From Schmidtea nova (taxonomy: Eukaryota): 64,000 nucleotides of DNA. The notes below the pieces were generated by a model. The model made no database searches, was not told where the DNA came from, and saw only the letters and a program-made list of their open reading frames with translations. Made by a program: the position numbers and the translations under genes. Positions 12,873-23,406 of the stretch are shown piece after piece; the stretch's first letter is position 1, and the number at the start of each line of letters is the position of its first letter. The stretch covers positions 349,680,001-349,744,000 of the forward strand of contig CM097883.1 of the NCBI GenBank assembly GCA_044892505.1. Direction: 5' to 3'.

Positions 12873-13406
12873 TTACGACATTTCTGCTATAGTGGCCACT
12901 TGTGCTTGCAGCTGCTGAGAGAACAGCTTCCTTTGGCGACGGCGCTTGGAACCGATTCGCTTTCTCTTGTTCGTTTTTCCGACGGGATTTGGTGCAACGG
13001 TGGATTCTATCGGACTTTGTACTGTTGTTACTTCGAGACCATCGGTGTCGGTACTGACTGAGCAGGCCACTTTCTGTTCTCCTACCCATTTCTGGTAGGT
13101 GATGGGACGGATTTGTGATCTCAATTCGGACTCGATAAAAGAAGTCGTCACAGAATGGAGACATCGGCGCAACTCAATTTTTGTTGCTTCCCATTCTGTG
13201 CGATAATCTTCAGCTGTCTTTTGAGCCCTTTCCGTTCGACTCATCTGTTCCTTCATACGGGCTGGGGCGAACCAGCTGGTTCGTAAATACTGAATCTGAG
13301 CTTCTGCCTTAGCTCGTAATGCTTTTTCTTGATTTAACTCCTTTTCTAATGCTCGGCGGATTCTCCACGCCTTATCCAATTCCCGTTGTTGGCTGGTTTC
13401 CGTCAT
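12873..13406 (-). CDS. LTR A-encoded coiled-coil protein with C-terminal Arg-rich motif (177 aa)
   Basis: Intact GC-richer ORF with heptad-like N-half and KRKRIGSKRRRQRKL. Parallels 49656-50219. Confidence 0.6.
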   Translation of the reverse strand: MTETSQQRELDKAWRIRRALEKELNQEKALRAKAEAQIQYLRTSWFAPARMKEQMSRTERAQKTAEDYRTEWEATKIELRRCLHSVTTSFIESELRSQIRPITYQKWVGEQKVACSVSTDTDGLEVTTVQSPIESTVAPNPVGKTNKRKRIGSKRRRQRKLFSQQLQAQVATIAEMS

Positions 13407-13926
13407 GCTAAATGATAAACCTAGTTTATGATGCTGAAATTATACTACCCACGGCTAATACTATCCGCCGAGTGGAAAAATTTGGATAATTAAATTAATA
13501 AATGGATCGAAATTCAACTAATAACAAACAAAAAAAAAGATCAACACCATTTAATTGATGAAAACATATTAATTCATAGTAGTGTGAATAACATTGTCAG
13601 CGAAAACGCTTCGCTTGGAGGCCGTGAACGGGGGTAATGTGCAACCCGTGATTGACTGGATCTCGTCGGATGTGAGCCATTGAGCAGTTCAGTTTGGGGC
13701 GTCCTTGGCCCGTTTTTGGTAGGCGATTCGGGATCAACCCAAATTGAAGCAGCTTGTGAGGTGAGATATATCCCCAATGGATTACTGTTGTTGGATTTCC
13801 GGCGATGTCCGTTAAAACTATAATGAACTGAGTTGTCGTTTCGGGGTCTCCTTCGTCCGGAATTTCCCATCCGGGGCCTCCTTCGTTCGGAATTTCCCAT
13901 CCGGGGCCTCCTCGATATATGACAGT

Positions 13927-15067
13927 TGTTGAGGTTCCAAATATTTGCTATTTGCAATCTCAACTTGTTATTGGGGTGATTCTTATATAAATATCAAAAG
14001 CAAAGTTTGTTTTTCAAAATTTTATTAATACAATAAAATTACTTTTTATTTCGTTTACAATTGTCTACGAATAACTCAAATTCTTTATTACACAAATTTA
14101 AAAAGAAAAAGTCGTATCAAATCAATTCTTGCAATTGAACCTATTGGGTGACTGTTATGTAGTGCGTGCTATATTTAATTGTGGATCCAATGTTTCTGAT
14201 CCGGGTTTTAATAAGTTTTTCAAGATTGCCTTGAAAACTCAATTTGCGCTAATTTTAAATCTTGATTTTACACTAGATTTTAAAGCTAGGATTTTTTTGG
14301 GCCCCTTTACTGATTTTTTCTTTAGTTTATATAGTAAAATTTGGTATGGATAAATAATTTAATTTCCGGTCTGATATTAAAATATTATTAAATTTAGTTT
14401 TCAATTTATTCTATACTCTGCGATTAAAATAATTATATTTCAATTTCCGTTCTTGTCGTGATATTAAAATTTTCAATTTATTCTATACTCTGCGATATAA
14501 TTATATTTTAATTTCCGGTCTTGTCACGATATCAAAATTTCCAAATTATTTCGTATTCTGTGATATTAAAATATTATTTAGATTTGATTATTTTTAAACA
14601 ACTGAATTAAATTATTTTATTTATTGATCTGTTTGTTTTATATGTATATACAACTCATAAAATAATAAAAGGAATAAAATACACATCAAGATACACATCA
14701 AGATAAAAGGAATAAAATACACATCAAGATACACATCAAGATAAAAGGAATAAAATACACATCAAGATATATTAAAAGAAAACAAATGTTTGTTGAGAAA
14801 TGTCACAATAATAAAATGTCACAATCATATTAATTTTCTTGATTTCTGTGATGGGAGTTGCAATCTTTGTTGAGAAATGTCACAATAATAAAATGTCACA
14901 ATCATATTAATTTTCTTGATGGGAGTTGCAATCTTTGTTGTGTGGCTTGGATTGGGATTCTGTGTATTGGGATTCCGCGTAAATGTTGATCCTATAGCTG
15001 TTAGGCCCTGTCCTATAATATTTATTTAGGACAAATGCTTGGATGGGCTTCCCTCGATCATCCAACA
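13927..15067 (-). repeat. 3' LTR of element D
   Basis: TGTTGAGG...CATCCAACA; identical to 26731-27871 wherever spot-checked. Confidence 0.95.
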
Positions 15068-16877
15068 TTCCTCCCAGGGCCGTCAAGGTAATGTCCTCAT
15101 TACCTTTTTCACTCAGGACCATTTCAATTTCTTTATCCTTTAATTTCATTATTGTTCTCTTGAATCCTTTCTTGATTGCCAGATTTAGGGTATCATCTTC
15201 CTCAATTCGTCTTCCGAAATGGGTACATAATTGTTTTTCCGTTATCTCTTTTTGGTCGGCACTTATAATGAAGCTAGGTTCTTCCTCCTCTTCTATTTCC
15301 ATTTCAATGTCTGGTTCTGGTCCTAATTCGTCTTCTGCTTTTATTTTACTCTCCATTTCTTTTGTGAAGTCTTCTTCGTCGTCTTCCTCAACTGAAAAAT
15401 ACTCTTCGTCCGAATCTAAATCGCATATGTCTTCTCTTTCTTTGTATTTTTGTATTAGTTGCGGTTCGTTTTTGATCATTATTTGATTTTCTGGTGGTCC
15501 TTCTTCTTTTGTAATCATTAGGTCGTCATCACCATCTTCATGTATTGTTTCTTCCATATCTGAATTTTCATCCATTATTATACTTTCTTCTTCGCTTTCC
15601 TTCAACTCTTCCATACATGATTTTCTGTTTTGCATCTGGTATAGGTCTCCTTTCATTTCGATATCGTCTGTTATTGGTGTATCACTTTGTAACGATGTTG
15701 AATCTGCTGAATTCCATTTTATTATAGGTTCCCATTTGTCTTCTACTATTCCATATATTACCTTTAATATTGTTGTTGTCTTTCTGGCAGAAAATGGCTC
15801 ACTTTCTACTAATGCTTCATTCAGTCTCTTATCTTTGTACCATCTCTTATGGTATTTAATCACTTGGTAAGCTAAGTTAGATAGCTTAATTTTGAGTGGA
15901 TCCACGTTTTTCACGAATGAGCACATAAATTTATCTCCGGCCATTTCTCTCATTCCTGCAATGTTGTCTAGACCAAATGTTAGCATTTTTAATTTATCTA
16001 TCATATCAAATCCTATGATTATTTTTCCCCACAACAGCTCTCTAATATCCCATAGCGCCTGGTACTCATCTTCATTTCCGACGATACTTTCTTTATTAAC
16101 CATTGTTTTTTCTGTGCAGAAGTTTTTTATTTTCGTTCTTGGGGTTATCTTTTTGTTGTATATAATTTCACCGTTGTATTTTCTTATACATACTTCTACT
16201 GGTCGCTTGTTGTCATTTTTATCAATTGCAAATTTTGCATCCATGAATATAATTAGTTGGTGTCTCTCTTCTGTGGATAATTCATTGTGTGTGAAAGAGA
16301 TTTTTTCATTTATCCAGCTTTGATCGTACCAAGGTTTTGAAGGGATTGGCGGCATTGATTGGAATGGATTTGATATCAGAGGGATATAGAGTATCTCGAT
16401 TCCTATGACACACGGTAAGTTGTTCATTTGGATTATGAGGTGATTAAAATCGTCTGGCATACTTCTGTTGTTTGTAATTGTTTTGATGATGATTGAACAA
16501 TTACTTGTTGTGATTATTGGTACTTTATGTTGGCAAATTGATACCTCGGTTTTTGTCATGTGGAATAGGATTCTATGTGGTACCTTTTTTCCTTCGATTA
16601 CCGCTTTGTCGACATTAAGATGTTTTTCAAATGTGCCGATTAGGTCTTTTAATTTTGTTCGTCGAGCTTCATTAAATTTGATAATGTGTAGTTCTCTTTC
16701 TTCAATTTCCACTTTCATATCATTTGGGATGCATACTTGGTTTGGGAAGCTTCTGATTGTGATTGGATTTCCATCGGTACATATTTTGTTTTGTAGGGTT
16801 TTGTAAAAGTTTAGAGGGTGTTTGTTGATCATAGCCACATAGTTCATAGATCGAGAATAATTTGGCTCTGATTGCAT
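14907..16877 (-). CDS. Accessory ORF (~656 aa from MQSEPNY): DEDDh/REX4-ISG20-like exonuclease fold and acidic tail, ending inside the 3' LTR
   Basis: IIFMDAKFA...PVEVCIRKYNGEIIYNKKITP...NFCTEKTMV...RELLWGKIIIGFD follows the REX4/ISG20 pattern. The last ~53 codons lie in the LTR. Confidence 0.72.
   Translation of the reverse strand: MQSEPNYSRSMNYVAMINKHPLNFYKTLQNKICTDGNPITIRSFPNQVCIPNDMKVEIEERELHIIKFNEARRTKLKDLIGTFEKHLNVDKAVIEGKKVPHRILFHMTKTEVSICQHKVPIITTSNCSIIIKTITNNRSMPDDFNHLIIQMNNLPCVIGIEILYIPLISNPFQSMPPIPSKPWYDQSWINEKISFTHNELSTEERHQLIIFMDAKFAIDKNDNKRPVEVCIRKYNGEIIYNKKITPRTKIKNFCTEKTMVNKESIVGNEDEYQALWDIRELLWGKIIIGFDMIDKLKMLTFGLDNIAGMREMAGDKFMCSFVKNVDPLKIKLSNLAYQVIKYHKRWYKDKRLNEALVESEPFSARKTTTILKVIYGIVEDKWEPIIKWNSADSTSLQSDTPITDDIEMKGDLYQMQNRKSCMEELKESEEESIIMDENSDMEETIHEDGDDDLMITKEEGPPENQIMIKNEPQLIQKYKEREDICDLDSDEEYFSVEEDDEEDFTKEMESKIKAEDELGPEPDIEMEIEEEEEPSFIISADQKEITEKQLCTHFGRRIEEDDTLNLAIKKGFKRTIMKLKDKEIEMVLSEKGNEDITLTALGGMLDDRGKPIQAFVLNKYYRTGPNSYRINIYAESQYTESQSKPHNKDCNSHQEN
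15068..15080 (-). promoter_or_regulatory. Putative polypurine tract
   Basis: ...CTGGGAGGAA directly abuts the 3' LTR on the minus strand. Confidence 0.55.
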
Positions 16878-17301
16878 TGTTAATTGAAGATACAAGAATC
16901 GGGATATTGATTGACAATAAAACACTAAGAATCGGGATATCGACTGATAAGTTAGTAAACGATAAAACACTAAGAATCGGGATATCGACTGATAAGTTAG
17001 TAAACGATAAAACACTAAGAATATAGATTGATAATGAGATCGAGATATGATTTTACGACTTGATTTGTGATTGGATTGAAAATTGGAACGATTTGATTGG
17101 GAGTTGGTTTGATTGTTTTGATTGTGCTGAGGATTTGATGTAAAACTGGCTTTATTGGATTGTTTGCCAAATGGGTGACTTGTTTTTCTAAAAATAAAAT
17201 GTAAATTTTTATGTTGAGAGCGTATTTCAGGTTTAACCTTATACGCTCTTTTATAGATACAGATATATGTGATTTTAATATATATTATTGACCAATTTAA
17301 C

Positions 17302-19302
17302 TTATACCAATGTAGACCTCGAATATTCACCTGGTATATATTTACCCAAATGGAAATGCCCTGGTACATTTCTGACCAGTTGGCTCCGATACCGCTGCCT
17401 TTTCCATTTGTACTTTTTATAAACTTGTACGCTAGTTATTAAAGCTAAAACTGCTAATGCTATTATTGATGTTGTGATGACATAAAAAGGCCAATGTGGA
17501 TTTTTATCTTTTTTACGAAATGCTTGTAGTTCCTCTAAGTTATGTATCACTATTGGTCTTCCTTGCCTTATTTTGATAGGTTCTTGTTTTTGTTTTTTGG
17601 CATTGTATTGTTTTTGGAGTTTGGCTATTCCAGTTCTTGTTGGTGTTTCGTTTGTATGTAGTGTGGTATTTAGTCTATTATTTGATGTCGTTGTTGTGCT
17701 TTTTGTTATGTTTTGGTTTTTTATTATATCCTTGGGTAATTGTTCTGTTTTTATCTCTTTGCATCTCCATGTTGTTGTATCTGTGTTTCTCTGTATGCAG
17801 ATTTTATATATTGTATTAGGTGTTAGTTTTGTGAAATTAATATAGTTTCCTCTTTCAATTTCGTTGGTTGTTCTGTCGTCCTTTCCTTTTATCATCTTTG
17901 GGTTTTTTCCATTCGTTGTTTGCATGTATAAATCAATTACTCCTCTATTTATGATAAATGCTCTAACTTCGTTTGTTGATATTTTTATTAATACTCTGTC
18001 AAATTCTATTGTTTCGGTTGAGCCAACAATTGTTATGATTGTTAAGAAGATAGCTGATATTATTAGTTTGTTATGAGATCTTAGATTATACTTGTGAGGT
18101 TTATCTATCGTGACCTCGGCTTCCGCCAACTTGCATCTGTTGACATGTACTACTATTGGATCCTCGTTTTTATGCTTTTGTAAATGTAAATTCTCATTTA
18201 TTACTTTTACTACTTCATATGGACCTTTATATGGTCTTGCTAATTTTGTTGTCTTTCCCTTTCCTACTTGTGGTGACATAAGTCTAACCTTATCACCTAC
18301 CTTAAAGTTGTGTGGTTTACTATTTTTGTCGTAGTCGGCTTTGTATTGTTCTTGTCTATATTTGACTTTTAGATTGGCTACTTTATACACTTCTTGCAGT
18401 TTTTCCTGCATTAGTGTGACATAATCTGGTGCATCCAAATATTGTGATACTCGAGGTTCAAATATTGTATCTATTGGTGTTGCTGGTTCTCTTAAAAACA
18501 TTAAATAATACGGCGAATACCCTGTTGTTTCGTTTGGAGTGATATTATGAATGTATGTGCATTGACTTATGTATTCGTCCCAATCATTTTGATTTTTTCC
18601 TACAAAAACAGCTAGTCTGCTTAGTAATGTCCCATTAAATCTTTTTACTAGTCCATCAGTTTGAGGGTGATACGCTGTTGTGTTGATCTTTTGCATGTTA
18701 AAAATATTAGCTACTCGTTTTATTAATTCACTAGTAAAATTTGTTCCTTTATCTGTTAATAATCTTTTGGGTGTGCCTATCTTGAAAATAATTTTTTCTA
18801 TAAGCAATTTAGCAACTGTTTCTGCTGTTTCGTCTTTTGTTGGAAATGCTTCTGCCCATCTAGTAAAATAATCACTAAATACTAGTATATGTTTATTCCC
18901 ATTAATTGTAGTAGGTAATTTACATAGAAAATCCATTGCACATAGTTCCATTGGTGATGTTGTTGCTGGAATGGGGTGTAACGGCGCTTTTGTTTTTGTA
19001 CCTGTATTTTTTCTTGTTGCACATATTGTACACGCGTTACACCATCTCTTAACATCTTTCTTTAGTTCTTCCCAGTAATATTTTTGTAATAATCTACTTG
19101 CTGTCTTTCTAGATGATAAGTGACCTCCTAATGCTCCATCGTGATATTGTAGTAGGAGTATTTGTCTTAATTTCTGAGGTACTACTATTAATTGCTTACC
19201 GTTGAAATCTTCTATTACTACTAATTTCTTTGATATTTTATATTTTGAATTGTTTTCTTTTCTGATTTCATTCCTTATTCTATTGATCTCTGGGTCTTTC
19301 AT
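17302..19302 (-). CDS. Integrase (HHCC, DD-K, GPY) fused to a predicted type I membrane protein
   Basis: HDGALGGH...CNAC; MDF; TDKG; GLVKRFN; KGPY. Then hydrophobic LIISAIFLTIITIVG, FN3-like LTPNTIYKICI, a Thr-rich stalk, and TM FYVITTSIIALAVLALITSV with a basic tail. Confidence 0.9.
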   Translation of the reverse strand: MKDPEINRIRNEIRKENNSKYKISKKLVVIEDFNGKQLIVVPQKLRQILLLQYHDGALGGHLSSRKTASRLLQKYYWEELKKDVKRWCNACTICATRKNTGTKTKAPLHPIPATTSPMELCAMDFLCKLPTTINGNKHILVFSDYFTRWAEAFPTKDETAETVAKLLIEKIIFKIGTPKRLLTDKGTNFTSELIKRVANIFNMQKINTTAYHPQTDGLVKRFNGTLLSRLAVFVGKNQNDWDEYISQCTYIHNITPNETTGYSPYYLMFLREPATPIDTIFEPRVSQYLDAPDYVTLMQEKLQEVYKVANLKVKYRQEQYKADYDKNSKPHNFKVGDKVRLMSPQVGKGKTTKLARPYKGPYEVVKVINENLHLQKHKNEDPIVVHVNRCKLAEAEVTIDKPHKYNLRSHNKLIISAIFLTIITIVGSTETIEFDRVLIKISTNEVRAFIINRGVIDLYMQTTNGKNPKMIKGKDDRTTNEIERGNYINFTKLTPNTIYKICIQRNTDTTTWRCKEIKTEQLPKDIIKNQNITKSTTTTSNNRLNTTLHTNETPTRTGIAKLQKQYNAKKQKQEPIKIRQGRPIVIHNLEELQAFRKKDKNPHWPFYVITTSIIALAVLALITSVQVYKKYKWKRQRYRSQLVRNVPGHFHLGKYIPGEYSRSTLV

Positions 19303-19362
19303 CTGTTCCTCATATATATCTATTGGCTTTTCTGCTACTAGTGCAAATATTTCAAGTGCTCC

Positions 19363-22300
19363 TTATTCTGGTATTCTTGATAGTGCATCTGCGTTTTTAT
19401 TTATTCTACCTTGTTTATATATAATTTTTAGGTGCATGTCTTGTATTTTCATTGCCCATTTAAGTAATCTACTTGATGTATCTTTATGTTTCCATAAGCC
19501 TTCTAATGGTTTATGGTCTGTTCTTATTATCACTTCAGTTCCGTAGATGTATGGTTTGAATTGTTTTAGGGCAAATACTATTGCGTAACATTCTTTTTCT
19601 ATTGTTGAATACCTCAGCTGTGCTCCTTTTAATGTTTTACTGGCATATGCTATTACGTAATCTTTCCCTTTCTCTTCTTCTTGGCCTAATACTGCTCCTA
19701 CGGCTTTCCCGCTGGCATCCGTCATTACTATAAATTGGTTTTCGAAATTTGGGTATCTTAACACTGGTGCTGTTATCAATCTTTCTTTTAGTTTGTCGAA
19801 TGCTTCTTGATGTTCTTTTGTCCATTTCTTTTGTATCTTGTTAACTTTATTGTTAATTTCTTGTACTATTAACACGTCTTTGCATTCTCCTTTTGTTTTA
19901 ATTCCCTTTGTTAGTTCTATTATAGGTGTTGCTATCTTTGCATAATCTTGTATGAATTTACGATAGTATCCTGTTAAGCCTAAAAACCCTTGTACTTGTT
20001 GTACTGTTTTTGGTATTGGGAATTTCTTTACAACTTCTATTTTTTCTGGATTTGGTTTTATCCCTTCTACTGTGACTATATGCCCTAAAAATAGTGCCGA
20101 AGACTCTGCCCATTTACATTTGGTTGGTTTAATTTTTATCCTTGCTTTTCTTAGTCTCTCAAGTACGTTTGTTATATCTTTTAGATGTTCCTCGAATGTC
20201 TTTGATGATATTAATATGTCATCCATGTAAACTGCGCAATGTTGTACATTTACTAATATTGTGTTCATTAGACGTTGAAATGTAGCTGGCGCATTAGTTA
20301 ATCCGAAGGGTAATCGTGTGTACTCATATAAACCATGCTCAATAACAAATGCTGTTTTTTCTGCATCCCCTTCTTCCATTTGAATTTGCATATACCCCTT
20401 ATTCGCATCAATGACTGAAAAATACTTAGCATCCCTAAGTTTATCATATTGCTCTTGTGCTTTTGGGAATGGATATGAATCTTTTACTGTTACATCATTT
20501 AATTTACGATAGTCAATGCACATTCTTATTTCTCCGTCTTTCTTTTTGACGGGTACAATGGGTGATGCCCACTGTGAAAAACTTTGTTTTATTACACCTG
20601 CGTCTTTTAATTCTTTAATTTGTCGCTTTATCTCCTCTCTTAGTTTGTATGGTACGCTATATGGTCTTTGTTTTATTGGTCTTGCATTGCCCGTATCTAT
20701 TACATGTTTGATTATGTCAGTATCTCCTAAATCAAATTCATGTTTTGCAAAAACATCGCTGTATTCATCTATTAGTGTCTGTAATTGTGCTTGTTGTGTT
20801 ATTGTTAGGTATTTATTATTGATTTTCACTTTGTCGTATGATTTTATACTATTTGTCTTACTAGGTTCGACTACTCCATTGCCGTTATTATTCATCACGC
20901 TTATCTCACTGACTTCGTATGTTTTTTCTAATTCACCTTTGAATAATTTTCCCAATTTCGTACCTTTGTGTATTTTAACATTACTTTTTTCATAATTTGC
21001 TATTCTCAATGGTATTATTCCCTTTCTCGGAATTACGCATTCATTGGTTAGCATTATATTCTGATTTTGTATAATTGCCGTTTCTGGCTCAAAAATAAAA
21101 GTGTCCTCACTTTTGATGTTAACTTTTAAGGGAATTATATGATCGCATTCATATTCCAATTCAAATGCTTCTAATACAACAACTTCTGTGAACTTGGATT
21201 TATGTTTAATTGCTTTTCTCTTTATCGTATTATCTGTTAAATCTATAATGCAATTTTCTAACTTGTTGAGTATATCGATTCCCAATATACATATGCTATT
21301 ACATTCTTGCACCACTTTAAATATGTGGTTTATTACCTGTTCTGGTGTTTCGACTATTAGTTCTATGTCTCCCTTTAGTGGAATACGATGTGCTGATAAC
21401 GATACTACTTTATCCGTTGTGCTCATAATATTTCTTTTTTGATCATCTGTCAGTTGATCTTCTCTAATTAAGGATGTTGCTGCTCCTGTGTCTACTAATG
21501 CATTTATGATTATATTGTTTATAATTATTCTAAGTCTTGGTCTTGCTTCGTTTGCTGCATCTAATCGTTCCATTGTTTCGACTTCTAAGCTATAACAACC
21601 ATATATCTTTTTAGGTTCACAATGACAATTCTTGTTTTCTCTAGGAATTTTGATTTCTATATTTTCTTGTAGCTCTTTTAGTTGTTCTCGTTGGTTTTCA
21701 TATAGTCCTTGTTGTGGTACATTTCCTTCATGTGATATATGCGCTTTAATTATTTCCTCATCGTTTTCATCATCTACCAGTAATTGCCTTTCTTCATTCC
21801 TTTGGACTTTTATTAAACGTATTTCCTTGTCGTGTTTCGCCGTAATAAGATATTTAGCTATAAATGGGCACAAACATGCTAATAATTTATATGAATTTCC
21901 AAATACTTGTTTTAGCTGTCTCAGTGATACTAGAGAAGAACATATCATTTTTAGTAATGCAACCGTATAATATAAACCTAAGATTGTAGAAAACATGTTT
22001 CCAAGGACTGCAAAGTATCCCCATATGCTATATAGTACTTTATATGCTACTTTTTTGAAGTATTCTTTTGATAATAACACATCAAAGTTGTAATTTCCTC
22101 CGTAACTTCCTTCGATAACTCTGTTAACCATTATTGAAAGTACTCTTTCTTTTTCGTTTGGAAATAGCATGTGTTTTCTTGCACTTTCTATAGCTTCTCT
22201 CGTATATATGCCATTACTGTCCATATCGTTGATTTCTTTAAACTCTAATCTTTTTTCTAGCTCTATGAGTTCTAATTTGAGTGGTTTCATTGCCTCCTTT

Positions 22301-23283
22301 CTATCTGACATAGATATCCACATTTCGTCATTTATTTTGTATAATGGGTCTAATAGGTTAGTGCATTTTTCTATTTTTCTCGGTATATATGTTTTTTCTG
22401 TTAATATTCTAGTAATTGGTTGAAGGTATACCCTTTCTCCTTTATATATTACCGGTAATTCATTAGTGCACTGATTATTTGTTGCTAACGATACACTAAC
22501 AGGTTTACATTGAAATGTCTGTATCACTTCTCCTACTATCCTTGCAAATGTTCCTTCTTCTGAGAAGATAATTGGTGCCATTAAATCTGGGTTTGTTACC
22601 GCCACTGCCATTTTTGTCTTCAATATTTCTCTGTTGAGTTTGCAATCGCTCATAATTGTTGATTGATATACTTTATCTAATTGTACTAGTTGGTTATGAT
22701 AGAAAAAATCGATTTTATTGTTGAAGTATGATGCAAGTTTGACGTCGAATTTATTTACTTTTTGTTTTGCATCTTTGACTTCTTCTTTGCTTATGTATAT
22801 CCCTTCATAATTAGTTTGTATTATTTCCTTACCACATTTTACACTTTTCCTTTTACTAACAAACCTCATTGCTTCGTTTTCAGATTCTGACATATATATT
22901 GTTGGTGTATCTTTTTCTTGTACAATTGTTGTTTTCCTTTTTTGATCTCTCACCCTTTTTGAGTCTACTTCTGTGAACTGTTTTCCTTTGATTTCCCTAA
23001 ATTTTAATGATTTTAATTTTGTTAACTGACAATCATATTTATCTATTTTGTATATTAGCATTGATTCTCCTGTATCGCAATAAGATTCTTCTAATGTACA
23101 AAATTTGTATATCATCATTTTCTTTGAGCTGCTGTCGAATGATGCTTTGAACTTTCTCAGTTCTACCATGTAGTGTCTCCTTACTACAACATTACTCAGT
23201 TTTTCGCCCCATATTGTATATTCTCCTCCTTCACAATATCCTCCTTTTGATGCCCATCCCACGACATTTACATCTTGTCTCAT
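19363..23283 (-). CDS. pol: Chuvirus-like glycoprotein ectodomain and TM fused in frame to protease, RT and RNase H
   Basis: GYCEGGEY...VVVRRHY; GEVIQTFQCKPV...CTNELPV...YLQPITRIL; TM at ~21870-22040; LVDTGA (PR); SPIVPVKKKDG..RMCIDYRKLN and YMDD (RT); TDAS/EKEC/TDH/DALSR (RH). Confidence 0.92.
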   Translation of the reverse strand: MRQDVNVVGWASKGGYCEGGEYTIWGEKLSNVVVRRHYMVELRKFKASFDSSSKKMMIYKFCTLEESYCDTGESMLIYKIDKYDCQLTKLKSLKFREIKGKQFTEVDSKRVRDQKRKTTIVQEKDTPTIYMSESENEAMRFVSKRKSVKCGKEIIQTNYEGIYISKEEVKDAKQKVNKFDVKLASYFNNKIDFFYHNQLVQLDKVYQSTIMSDCKLNREILKTKMAVAVTNPDLMAPIIFSEEGTFARIVGEVIQTFQCKPVSVSLATNNQCTNELPVIYKGERVYLQPITRILTEKTYIPRKIEKCTNLLDPLYKINDEMWISMSDRKEAMKPLKLELIELEKRLEFKEINDMDSNGIYTREAIESARKHMLFPNEKERVLSIMVNRVIEGSYGGNYNFDVLLSKEYFKKVAYKVLYSIWGYFAVLGNMFSTILGLYYTVALLKMICSSLVSLRQLKQVFGNSYKLLACLCPFIAKYLITAKHDKEIRLIKVQRNEERQLLVDDENDEEIIKAHISHEGNVPQQGLYENQREQLKELQENIEIKIPRENKNCHCEPKKIYGCYSLEVETMERLDAANEARPRLRIIINNIIINALVDTGAATSLIREDQLTDDQKRNIMSTTDKVVSLSAHRIPLKGDIELIVETPEQVINHIFKVVQECNSICILGIDILNKLENCIIDLTDNTIKRKAIKHKSKFTEVVVLEAFELEYECDHIIPLKVNIKSEDTFIFEPETAIIQNQNIMLTNECVIPRKGIIPLRIANYEKSNVKIHKGTKLGKLFKGELEKTYEVSEISVMNNNGNGVVEPSKTNSIKSYDKVKINNKYLTITQQAQLQTLIDEYSDVFAKHEFDLGDTDIIKHVIDTGNARPIKQRPYSVPYKLREEIKRQIKELKDAGVIKQSFSQWASPIVPVKKKDGEIRMCIDYRKLNDVTVKDSYPFPKAQEQYDKLRDAKYFSVIDANKGYMQIQMEEGDAEKTAFVIEHGLYEYTRLPFGLTNAPATFQRLMNTILVNVQHCAVYMDDILISSKTFEEHLKDITNVLERLRKARIKIKPTKCKWAESSALFLGHIVTVEGIKPNPEKIEVVKKFPIPKTVQQVQGFLGLTGYYRKFIQDYAKIATPIIELTKGIKTKGECKDVLIVQEINNKVNKIQKKWTKEHQEAFDKLKERLITAPVLRYPNFENQFIVMTDASGKAVGAVLGQEEEKGKDYVIAYASKTLKGAQLRYSTIEKECYAIVFALKQFKPYIYGTEVIIRTDHKPLEGLWKHKDTSSRLLKWAMKIQDMHLKIIYKQGRINKNADALSRIPE

Positions 23284-23406
23284 TTTTGCCCCTATCCTTG
23301 CTTCTAATTCTATTCCTTTATGACCGCTATATTTTACTTTTTTTGTTTTAAATGCATCTTCACACTATTGGTGACAATATTACTGCTTCGGGTGTCCACG
23401 TAGGTT

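Noticed and set aside
16878-17369. First 164 codons of the 820-aa ORF-track call
   Set aside because: Runs through intergenic tandem ~45-bp repeats (repeated FYRLLTYQSISRFLV). The plausible start is MQSEPNY at 16877.
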